A stretch of 64,000 nucleotides of DNA, from contig JAHRHZ010000081.1 in NCBI GenBank assembly GCA_024137785.1, positions 14,838,929-14,902,928 of the forward strand, read 5' to 3'. The stretch comes from Ginglymostoma cirratum. Its lineage: Eukaryota. The first letter of the stretch is position 1. Each line of letters begins with the position of its first letter. The notes below the pieces were generated by a model, which had not been told where the DNA came from, did no database searches, and was given only the letters and a program-made list of their open reading frames with translations. Of this stretch, positions 50,128 through 61,700 are shown in pieces. Both the position numbers and the translations under genes were made by a program.

Positions 50128-50305
50128 CACTCACTTGTATTAACTGTTGCGAAGTCTCAAGAAAGAAATGAAACCAGACGGACCACCTGGCATCAACCTA
50201 GGCACCAGAAAAGACAATAGCAGAAACAGCCCTGTTGACCGTGCAAACTCCTGACTAACGTCTGGGGGCTAGTGTCAAAATTGGGTCTCACAGACCAGTC
50301 AAGCA

Positions 50306-50410
50306 GTTCCTTAGTTCTGAGGAAGGGTCACTGGACCCGAAATGTTAACTCTGTTTTCTCCTCCACAGATGCTGCCAGACCTGAGCTTTTCCAGCAACTT
50401 TGTTTTTGTT
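50306..50410 (+). mobile_element. Solo pLTR insertion starting with a hammerhead
   Basis: agtt-CTGAGGA-agggtc-actg-gaccc-GAAA-tgtt-aact. Flanking repeat ccagt(c/t)aagca at 50295-50305 and 50411-50421. Confidence 0.8.
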
Positions 50411-52559
50411 CCAGTTAAGCAACAGCCTGACATTTGCTGTAAGGTATGATTGCATGAGTATGACTGTCTTGGGCACCACCATCGCCATCCCCAGCTATGT
50501 CATGTCCCAGCAACAGGATAGACCCAGTAAAGGTGAAGGTACAATGTAATGCAGTCAGAAAGGGGTTTCCCTGGAGTTATCCACATTGACTGGACCCCAT
50601 GTAGTCTCATGGTTTCAGGTTACATGTGGACAAGGAAACCTGCTGATTACCACGTACTTTCCACCCGCAGCTGATGAATCAGTACTCCTCAATGGTAAAC
50701 AACACTTGGGAGCAGAGGGTGCGAGAGCAGGAAACGTAGTCTGGGTGGAAGATTTCAATGCCCACCAGCAAGAGTGGCTTGGCAGTAACACTACTGATTG
50801 AGCTTGTCAGCCCTAAAGGATGTAGTTGTTAGACTGGGTCTGCGGCAGGTGATGAGTGAGCCAACAAGAGCGAAAAACGTGTTTAACCTCATCATTACCA
50901 GCCTGCTGGCTGCAAACTCATTTGTCCATGACAGTATTGGTGAGAGTGACCACTGCACAATTCTTGTGGAGGTGACGTCCTGCCTTGACATTGAGAACAC
51001 CCTCCATGTTTGATGGCACTATCACTGCACTAAATGGGACAGAGTGCAAAACAGATCTAGCAACTCGACTGGGTACGCATGAGGTGCTGTGGGCAATCAG
51101 CAGAATTGTACAAGAATTGCAACTTCATGGCCTGGCATATCCCCCTCTCAACCACTACCATCAAGCCACAGGATCAACTCTAGTTCGCTGGAGAGTGCAG
51201 GAGGGCATTCCAGGAGCAGCACCAGGCATTTCTAAAAATGAGGCGTCAGTCAGGTGAAGTTATCAGACAGGATTACTTGTATGTAAAACGGCATAAGCAA
51301 GTGATAGACAGAGCTAAGTGATCCCACAAACAACGGATCAGACCTAAGCTGTGCAGTCCTGTCTCGTTGAGTCAGGAGTGGTGGACGACGTTAAGCAATT
51401 CACTGGAAGAGGCTCCACAAATATCCCTATCCTCAATGATGGAAGAGCCCTTTTGCATCAGTGCAAAAGATAAGGCTGAAACTTTTGCCACAATCTTCAG
51501 CCAAAAGTGCCGAGTGGATGATCCACCTCTGCCTTCTGAAGTGGTTCCCGTCATTTCAGATACCAGTCTTCACCCAATTCGATTCACTCTATGCAATATC
51601 AAGAAATGTTTGGATTATGGGATACTCTGAAGAGCCCTGACAACTGAAGACTTACGCACCAGAACTTGCCACTCCCTTAGCAAAGCTGTTCCAGTGCAGT
51701 TACAACACTGGCATCTACCCGACAGTGTGGAAAATTGCCCAGCTGCATCCTGTACACTGTAAGCAAAACAAATTTAACCTGGCCAATTACTGCTAGTCTA
51801 CTCTTGCTCAATCATGAAAAAATGGAAGATGTCATCAACAGTGCTATCACTTGCTCAGTGCCTAATTTGGGTTCTGCCAGGGCCACTCAGTTGCTGACTT
51901 CATTGCAGCCTTGGTTAAATAGTGGACAAAAAGAGCTGACTTCTGGAGGTGAGTTGAGAATGGTGGCCCTTGACATCAAGGCCACATTCAATGGGGAGTG
52001 GCATCAAGGAACTCTAGCACAACTGGAATCAATAAGCATCAGGGTCCAAAACTCTGTGCTTGGGGTCATACCTGGCACACTTGAGGATGGTTGCAGCTGT
52101 TGGAGGTCAGTCATCTTAATTCCAGGACATCTGTGCAGGGGTCCCTCAGGGTAGGCCCAGCCATCTTTAGCTGCTTCATTAAGACCTTTCCTCCATCATA
52201 AGATCATAAGTAAGGATGTTCACTGACTATTGCATAACCATAATTTATGACCCTTCAGATACTGCAGCAGTCAGTGTTCAAATGCAACAATATCTGAACA
52301 ATATTCACGCTTGGGCTGGCAAGTGCCAAGTAACAATCACAAGTCATAAATGCCAGGCAATGACCATCTCCAATAAGAGACCCTCTAATCACTGCCCCAT
52401 GATATTCAATGGTGTTACCATCACTGAATCCCCTACTATCAACATTCTTGGGGTTAGTATTGACCAGAAACACATCTGAGTTTACCACACAAAAACAGTG
52501 GTTACAAGAGCAGGTCAGAGGCTAGGAATGTAAAAGAATGAGTTGGGAGATCTGATTTT

Positions 52560-52870
52560 AAAAAAAAAATCATTTGAGGGCATTGCTAGCTAGGGGCAGC
52601 GTTTATTGTGCATCCCTTGTCCAGAAGGCAGTTCAGGGTCAACCACATTGCTGAGAGTCTCGAGTCACATGTAGGCCAGACCAGGTAATGATGGCAGTTT
52701 CCTTCCCTAAGGACATTAGTGAAACAGCTAATTTTTCTGACAATTTATAATGGATCCATGGTCATCATTAGATTCTTAATTCTAGGTATTTTTATTGAAT
52801 TCAAATTCCATTATCTGCAGTGGTGGGATTTGAACCTGGGTCCCCAGAACATCATCTTGGTCTCTAGATT
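52560..52870 (-). mobile_element. tRNA-headed SINE nested in its partner LINE
   Basis: Reverse complement of the 58385-58740 family ('gttctggggacccaggttcaaatcccaccact'). Confidence 0.8.
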
Positions 52871-53257
52871 TAGGTATATAAAATGCTAAAAGGGGTTGAT
52901 AAGGTAAACATTGAACAGAAGATCCCCCCCCCCTAGTGGAACAGTCTTGAACAAGAGGTCATAGATATAGAGTGAGAGGAGTTGAGTTTAAATCTGAGAT
53001 GAGGAGAAACTACTTTTGTAAGAGGGTTGTGAATCTGTGGAACTGACTGCCCCAGAGTGCAGTGGAGGCAGAATCAATTAACAGATTCAAGAAAGAAATA
53101 GATACATTTCTGATGAAAAGCAGGATAAAGAGCTATGTGGTGTAGGCAGAAAAGTGGAATTGAGACCAATACAAGATTAGCCATGATCATGTTAAATGGC
53201 AGTGTAAGCTCGGAAGGATTGAATTGCCCACTCCCGCTCCTAATTCCAATGTTCCTA
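52871..53257 (+). mobile_element. CR1 3' end nested in the LINE
   Basis: 'gagatgaggagaaactacttt...gaatctgtggaact...ctcctaattccaatgttcct'. Confidence 0.85.
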
Positions 53258-54639
53258 ATACTGCGGTGAGTTACTCGCCTCCTGACACCCCAGAGCTTGT
53301 CTGCCATCTGTGCGGCAGAAGTCAGGAGTGTGATGGAGTACTACGCACTTGCCTGGATGGGTACAACTCAAACAACACCTCAAGAAGCGCAACACCATCC
53401 AGGACAAAGCAGCCCACTTGATTGGCACCATATCCACAAGCACCTACTCCCTCTATCACCAATGTTCAGGAGCAACACAGTGCACTGCATAAATTCACCA
53501 AGGCTCCTCAGACAGCACCTTCCAAACCCATGAACACTTCTATATAGAAGGATGAGGGTAACAGATACATGGAAAGGCCACCACCTGCAAATTGCCCTCC
53601 AAGCTACTCGCCACCCTGCCTTGGAAATATATTGTTGTTCCTTCACTGGTGGGTCAGAATCCTGGAATTTCCTCCAAGGGCATTGTGGATCAACCTACAG
53701 CATATAGACTGCGTTGGTTCAAGAAGGTAGCTCAATAGCACTTTCTCAAGTGGCAAACAGGAACAAGCAATAAATGCTGGCCAGCCAGTGATACCCATGT
53801 CACACGAGTGAATACAAAGTTCAAATTTTTGTCCTGTAGAACATTGACAGGATCTGTGTGCATTCAAATTTAAGCAAGCGAACGAGATGTGAAGATGTAA
53901 TATAAAGCCATGAGGGAAGATGCACATTTAGTATGCAGTATTTAGTTCCTTAGGCCCTAAGCTCAGAATTCCCTTCTCTTTCTCCCAATGATGTGCTCCT
54001 TAAAATTGATCTGTTTTTCCAAGCTTGTCTTATTCTTTCCTTATTTATCTGTCAAAGTTTGATAAAGCTTCTATGAAGCATTTGAATCTTTTACTACACT
54101 AACTGTTCGAATCAAGATTAATGAATATAAGCAACGAAAGAAAAATTGCAAGTTACTCTTTTGTCATGTTTGATGTCTTACTGAGCTCCGTTTACGACAG
54201 ACTGGTCAAAGAGAAGACAAAGTCAACAGCTGTATTCAGACTTCAATTTCAAAGTATCACTGTTTGTTATACAATTGCATTTGGTAGTTACATATATGGC
54301 ATTTGCAGTTATACCAGGCTCTGATTTGTTAAATTAGCTAATGGTAAATCCACGTTCCCTAACTGTGTATGGCCATGTGGTGTCAAGATTCTTTCATTCC
54401 AGAATATTTTAACTCTGCTCGCATTGTGCTATTTATACTACTTGACATGTAGCTGCAGTGTGCCTGACCAGTTATATAATACCCCTCCCCAAGCTTTTAT
54501 CCCTTTTCCTCAGCAATTATTAATTAGATACATTCTCAATGAAGTTAAAGTTGACAATTTTTGTAACAAATCCTTGTCAGCCCATGCTTCTTTATTGTCC
54601 TGTGTTGATTATAGACCAAAATGTGAAAGGAAATTTTAA

Positions 54640-55450
54640 AAATCAAGGACTGTTGAAAACTTACAGTAGCCTTTAAAAGGAGATAATCTGTCACTCATTG
54701 TATTTCACACTTTTCTTTTCAAGTAACAGATGGTTTGCAGAGGAGCTGGAGCCAAGGGCTGAGCAAAATGCAGATTTGGTCAGCAGCAAATAGCTGATTG
54801 GTCTGTGGCCAAGTCTGCAGTTAACAATGACAAAGGCCACCTGCCTGTCAACAACTATAATCGGCTCCCAGGAAACAATAGTCTGTGGGTGTCAACAAGG
54901 TCATGAGAAATCATCCAATTTCCACAGACTCAGGAACTCTTTGTTCTCTGCAGTAAAAGCCACTTTAAGGGCTGAAGAAGTTTAGTTCATCCTCAACAGT
55001 TGCTGTAAGCCATGACTTTTAATTAATAAATGAGAAATCTTTAAATGTGCACCAGTGATCCAATGCCTCCTGCAAGCAAGTGAAAGCAATCAGAGAAAAG
55101 ATAGAGGAGCAGCATTCTGATCAGCACATCGATCATCTCAGCGACTACCTTCCCTCCAACCATTTTTTAAAACTTGTTTGTAGAGGCATAGTTTATAAGG
55201 GGGTGGGTTAGACTTTTTAATTGGTAGAGTTAAATGCCAAAGGCGTACAGTTGTTTACCAGCGGCTAGAGTCCACTATTTCTAAATAAATAGTGATTCCC
55301 GTTAAATACAGAGTAAGTCCATGATTTCTGTAAACCTGAGTCTAGAAATCAGATAAATTGGAGAATTGTGGTTCTTAAAATTTTTTTAAACTTTTGTGAT
55401 GACTGCACATACAGTGAGGTTTGATTTCCAGTGCACTATCTCAATGAGGT
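54640..55450 (+). mobile_element. Solo-LTR-like repeat
   Basis: The 3' part is homologous to 40750-41040 and contains AATAAA. The LTR assignment is from recalled shark LTR composition only. Confidence 0.4.
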
Positions 55451-55571
55451 GTTGCACTATATATTTTTCTTTTGTTTTTTCCTGCCCATATTTTTGACCT
55501 GATCTGACGACTATACAGAATGGATTGGGAATTCTGTGTCTGGATCTAGAAACACTTGAGACAAAGTTACT

Positions 55572-56250
55572 GATAGTCGTACAGCATAGAAACAGACCCT
55601 TTTGGTCCAACCAGTCCATGCTGAACATAATCCCAAATGATAGTCCCACCTACCTACACTTGGCCCATATGTTTCCAAACGTTTCTTATTTGTGTACTTA
55701 TCTAAATGTCTTTTAAACTTTGTAACTGTAACTGCATCTACCACTTCCTCTGGAAGTTCATTCCACACGTGAATCACACTCAATGTTGCTTATGTCTTTT
55801 TGTTTTAAATCTTTCCCCTCTCACCTTTAAAAATATGCCCTCCTAGTCTTGAAATTCTCCGCCCTAAGGCATTCATCTTAAAAAGTCCCACGCTATCCAG
55901 CCTCTCCTTATAACTCAAGCCCTCCATTCCTGGCAACATCCTGGTAAATCTCTTCTGAACCCCCTCCTGTTAATAATATCCTTCATATAACAGGGCAAGC
56001 AGAACTGGACACAGTATTCCAAAAAAGGCCTCACCAACTTCCTGAAGAATCTCAACATGACATCCCAACCCATGCTCAAACGTTTGAGCAATAGAGGCAG
56101 GTGTGCTAAATGCCTTCTTGACTACTCTGTGTGACACAAATTTGAAGGAATTATATACCTGAGCCCCTAGGTCTCGGTTTTACAGCACTACCCAAGGTCC
56201 TACTTTTAGTTGTATAAGTCCTACCCTTATATTGCTGTCATCTGCTGGCT
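55572..56250 (-). mobile_element. HER1/CR1 3' portion
   Basis: VWNELPEEVVDAVTVTKFKRHLDKY, with upstream 'gaatactgtgtccagttctg'. Confidence 0.88.
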
Positions 56251-57292
56251 TCCAGTAGATCAGAGATTTAATTGATCCGGTGGTCTGAGCACATCCCCTG
56301 AATGGGTAGTATGAAAAAAGGGATCCAGTGGATGTACTGGTGTTTGATGATACGCTGCCAGTCATGTCTGATTTTGTTCCAGTTGAGTAGGTACCTCCAG
56401 CAGTAAGGATGGTAACTTAGTACGCTGGAACAATGAGATGAGGTTGCAATGGAAAGGGCCTTTAATTGTGGCCTAAAGATATGATCAATGCTGCCCAGAT
56501 AGTTGCTGTCTAACAATACCCTTCTATGAAGCTCATTTATTGTAACTTAGTTGTCCATGTCCCCTTGCAGGCAAATGTATTAGTGCAGGAATATTGATCA
56601 CAAGTCTGTGCATACGTGCTGTGGAATTCCTGCTACTTCTGGGAAATTTTCCTTTACCAATATGGTGTCTGATAGATAAGTGAAGACATTCCTCTCCAAA
56701 CATAGCTGAAGAATTTCCAAAGGATCTGTAGTCAAAGCTTTCTCCGTATCTCATGCACTAAGATTTAATTATTTTAATTGTATGAGAAATGTCTGCTGTG
56801 ATGTTCGCTTTGTTTTGGTCAGAGGTATTTTTGTGCCAAAGTCGACACCATGTGAACAGATTTGGGCTGTCTCTCTTCATCTGATTATTTTTTATTTAGT
56901 GATTGAAATCAGTAAAATGTCTTAGCTGTGAAATAAAGCTTTACATTTTCTATTCAAACAGTGGACATAATAACGCATTCACTACTTTCACTGGAAGTTC
57001 TAATACTTTGAATTGCAATAGCAGTTTGTGCTCCTTTTTTCCAATTGATTATCTTTAAGTCTATGCCTGAGGAGAGCTTAATTTGCTGTTAAGTTTATCA
57101 TTGAATAAATTGTTCAGCTCTTTGTCAACTCATTGCTCTGAGTCTTAATTGTCCTCCTCATTTCTCAGGTCTAAACAATATTTTCTTTGGCTCTTCCCAT
57201 AAAGCACAAAATCTGCTCTGGGTGTTTGGTAATTGGCTTCTCTTTGTTGGTACTCAGTTTGGACTTATCTACAAATGATCATTTACTGGTCT

Positions 57293-57612
57293 TGCTATGG
57301 TGGCTCTGTGGTTAGCTGTGCTGCCTGATAGCGCCAGGAACCCGGGTTCGATACCACTTTTGGGCGACTGTCTGTGTAGAGTTTTCACGTTCTCCGTGTG
57401 TCAGTGTGGGCTTCCTTTTGGGTGCTCCGGTTTCCTCCTACCGTCCAAAGATGTGCAGGCTAGATGGATTGGCTATGCTAAATTGCCCCATGGTGTCTGA
57501 GGATGTGTAGATTAGGTGGGTTGTAGGGGGATGGGTCTAGGTGGGATGCTCTAATGGTTGGTGTGGACTTGTTGGGCTGAAGAGCTTTTTCTACAGTGTA
57601 GAGATTCTATGA
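57293..57612 (+). mobile_element. HE1-type V-SINE, near full length
   Basis: tRNA head 'ggtggctctgtggttagc...cccgggttcgatacc', V-domain 'gggtgctccggtttcctcc..ccaaagatgtgcagg', HER1-like tail 'tagagattctatga'. Confidence 0.9.
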
Positions 57613-58384
57613 TCATAATTGCGAGGTTGCTCCAGGGTCCTGAAGCCTTTGCACAACAATTATACAAACCAAATATAATGGAAGTTTTGGGTATCTTGGT
57701 GGAATCCATGTTTTAAAAATAAATCCACACTCACCAATGTGCATGAATTATTCTTTTTAAGAGTGCTAATCATGGGTAAGCTGAAGGAACTAGCAGCATG
57801 TCAGCTAAGTTCAATACAAAACTGGTTTTGTAATGAAACAACCAGTTGTTGGCAGCATGATACGCAGCTTGAACTGATTTGATCCAGGTGAAACTAGTCA
57901 GAAATTATTATTGTTTTGAGGCATTATCAGAGCAGGAATGTCCAAACACTTTTTTATGGACTCCTTAGGTATTAAGCAGGGTGCATATGTAGCCTGTCTA
58001 CATTATTCTAACTTTTCATATGCTTGACGTTCTGGATGTGAAGTTATTAGACGTTCTGTGTTCTGGTTTGTCCAGCATTGGGTATTGGTACGAACTCCGA
58101 AGCCTGCAAAATTCAAAACAGTCTTCTGAAAATGGGTTGCAATGGGTGGACAGACTTGACGTGCACCCCTCGGGTGTCTCAGATTCAGTTTTAAGAGTTC
58201 AGACTTGATTAACAAAAGAATCAAGTCTCGCCTTTGCCATTTCTCAAGACTTGCACGGCAAAAACTGTCTCCAGTTCCCCAAAACACAGACTTTCTGATA
58301 ATACTTTTATTCCAATGGTGGGATGCAGGTATTGCTCTATTTACCCTTAAACTGAGTGGCCTGCTTGGTCATTTCATAGGGCAT

Positions 58385-58742
58385 TGGGCAATCAACAGCC
58401 TAGTGCTATTATCACTTGACTATTAATCCCGAAACTCAGCCAGTGTTCTGGGGACCCGGGTTCAAATTACACCATGACCGATGATTTGAGTTGGAATTCA
58501 AGGAAGAATCTAGAATTAAGGGTCTAATTATGAACATGAAACCATTGTCGATTGTCGGGAAAAATCCGTCTGACTCACTAATGTCCTTTAGGGAAGAAAA
58601 TCTGTCATCCTTAACCTGGCCTGCCCTACCTGTGACTCCAGACGCACAGTAATATGGGTGACCATTGTCAATTAAGGATGGGCAAAAAAATTCTGGCTTA
58701 ACCAGAAACCCACATCGTGTGAGGAAATAATAAAAGAAAATG
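58385..58742 (+). mobile_element. tRNA-headed SINE with CR1/Jockey-group LINE tail
   Basis: 'gttctggggacccgggttcaaat...catgaaaccattgtcgattgtc...gggaagaaaatctg...caattaaggatgggcaa'. Confidence 0.85.
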
Positions 58743-61700
58743 AATCAGCCATGTTTCAATGGGTTTGCAGTCACATGTAGTTCAGACTAGATATCCTTCC
58801 CCAAATGATGGTGAACCATTTAGGCTTTTGATCATCTAGGATAGTTTTCAGGTTAGCACCACAGAGATTGGCTTTTCATTCCAAATTTTAGAATTCAGTT
58901 GTTCATATCAGCTGCCACAGTGGGATTTAAATTCACTTCTGCAGAGCCTCTGGATTATTTGTTGAGTGACATCACCACTATGCCATCATCTCCCCTAAAT
59001 TGAGCTTATTTAAGGTTTGTTAGCAAGGCTCATCTTGGTGAAGTGGGTGAGATAAGTGTTAAAATACCTTGGTTTCAAATGCATATAAGAACATAAAACT
59101 AGGAGCAGGAATACACAGTTCAACCCCTCAAGCTTCCTATGTCATTCATTCAATGTAACAGATTTCATCTCGGCCTCAACTCCATGTTCCTCCCTGTTCT
59201 TCATAACCCTTTAACTAGTTACTAATTATAAATCTTCTCCTAAAAAGATTCATCGATTTAATGCTGAGCATCAATTCGATTGAACACCTTTGGAAAGTAT
59301 TTCTCACACCATTTTACTGAAAACTAATTTCTGAAAGTGAATCAAAAAAGGTGAAATTCTGATAGAACCTAGATTATTTTCATTATCTTTATTCGTAAAA
59401 CTTGTAAAAGTGCATAACAGTTCAAATTTGACATTTTGGTACAATGTTACATTTGGTGTCTCAACATAATGCAAATTGGAAATAAAATGTAATTGCAGTT
59501 GTATTTCACGTCGAAGATTTTCTGGTGCTTCCAGACCAGGGACTTTACATGGGTTCAGACTCTTGTGGTGCACAATGGCAAAAGGCCTTGAGGTGTGGAC
59601 TTTGCCTCATGAGTCTTTCTGGCACCATACCTGAGCTTTAGTGCACTCTCGCCACCAGCATCCTTGCTAAAACAAACGCACCTAGAGAATCCTCCAGTCT
59701 ATTACAACACTCAGTGGTGGGCAACACTCTGCACTGCGTGACCAGGTTTCTCACAGCCTGTAGAGTACCTAGTTGCTAGTTCTCCATTCGCAGTTAAGTT
59801 TGTCTTGCTGATCATCCCTGGGAACAGCCCACTGAGTACAGAGTCCTGTTTTACAGAGAAGGTAGGAACCTAGATTGCTGTAAAAAAAAAACCTTGTCAG
59901 GAGAGTTTAGTGGTTGTGAGTCAGTCATAATGAAGTGTGCCATGACTTACTGGGTGGTGTGTTGGAAATCGAGCCCCATTATTTCAGTTGGTACAAATGT
60001 GAAAATCTTCACTCTAGCTAGTCGAAGCTCCCTTTTACCTCACGGATAAATTGAATAAAGAAACATTCTATATGCACTGCACAATGAGTTCTGTTAACTT
60101 TTTTTAAAGAAATGCATCTTCTGCAGTCTGGTATTTTTTTTAAAACCTGTATCCTTTCCTATTTTTAAATCCACAGTCCAAAAAGTAAAGATAGCCTTTG
60201 AAGTATCATTATATGCCAATGGTGAAAGAGGCAGGTCTTCAGCTTGTAGATGAGAATGCTAAACACAGCATCCTGAAACTCTTAACATATTGTGGAGCAA
60301 GATTGATTCCCCACAGCTGACATTGTTGTTAAATGCATTAGTGGTGCCTATGTGCCATTAATGACATTTTAAAATAAATCTAGCAATCTTGTTAACATCT
60401 TCTTTTATTCACCCAGAACCTTCAAGATAGTGCAGCTTCAGTGGGGCTAAGACTGATCCAGCATCCTACCACTTCTTTCCACTGCTCTACAATTCTTCAT
60501 GTTGAACAGATGCATCTGCTGGATTAGTTGCAAATATTGACGGGTAGGGATGCTTTAATTTTCAGTGTGCAAGTATTTGTCTGTAATTTGCAAGTGAAAA
60601 TCATTCTCTCGATTGCTGTGCCCTGGACCAAAAAGGATTTGTTTCCTGCTCAAGTCAATTTCCATACTGTACAGTGCAAAAGAAATCAAATCTGAATGAA
60701 CTGTGCTTTGATCATCTTGAACGAGTTACTGTGCAAGACTGGGACCAATCATCTAATAAGAAAATATTTCTTTCCAATTTGCTTCCTTCCAAAATCCAAG
60801 ATACTACTTTTGTTGAGTGATGTCTGAATAGAGAAGTGGCTTCATGAAACTGTAGGTTTGCTGTGACAGATACAGTTGTGAATAATGACTTGTGTGAATT
60901 AAATTGTAGTGAATATCTTAAGTTTCTTAATTGGATAAAGGCAGGTTGAATGCAGCTTATCAAATGTTATGATGTTTTATTATGAGTTTTGAAGTATTGA
61001 GCCTTAATGTCGATTGATAGAGTAGTTAGTTACTCAAGTCCCTTTTGGATATTTAACCTTGACATTGTACTCCATACACTAATCATATTTTTGGGTTGGA
61101 ATTTTATTGTTTGTGTTCACCATAGGGCCAGAATATAGTCAAAACAGGGTGTTACAGCACAGGAAGCCATTCAGCCTTTTGTTGCCATATCAGCTTGCTG
61201 CAAAAGCAGCTCAGAGTTTCACAGATTTTGCAATAGTTTAGAGCCTGATAAATGATAGCAATACAGACTACTCAGTTTTATTTGCCAGGTTGTTCAGGCT
61301 TAGTTGTCTTCAAAATGAGAAGTGAATCTTGAAAGATTAGAAAAACAATCTTCTACTTTCTTCTGCCCCATTTCTTGGACTTTGTGTACCCTGGATCCAG
61401 TAAACACATTAAACTGTATCAAAATTCTTGATTCAACAAAATTCACTTCTTTGTCCCTTTTAACTATTGTTCCAAAGGACATTGTGCTCAGTAATTTCAT
61501 TTCAGTTTAGAAGCTGACGGAATTTCTCTTTAATATTGAAGTAATGGAAGTATACCACTTGTAACAAAGTTATAATGGCGATGGTGTGTTGCAGATCATT
61601 TCAAATGCAAATTACTCTGTTTTATGAACATGCATGGCGAGAGAGACTGCAGTTTCTATCCATGACATTACTTGCCAGGTATATTTCCTGCTCATGCTGC

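Larger units (their letters stand above)
49625..53820 (+). mobile_element. Near-full-length degenerate CR1/Jockey-group LINE with a SINE-like tRNA head, carrying four nested insertions
   Basis: SINE-like 5' segment at 49625-49902. APE (LTNVWGLVSKLG; VWVEDFNAHQQEWLGS; EPTRAKN..SDHCTI), RT (VALDIKATF; MFTDYC) and tail at 53740-53820, all homologous to 11793-13887. Confidence 0.85.

Noticed and set aside
57293-57365. tRNA-like sequences (also at 18400-18468 and 20450-20520)
   Set aside because: They are SINE heads continuing into SINE bodies, with no intact cloverleaf.
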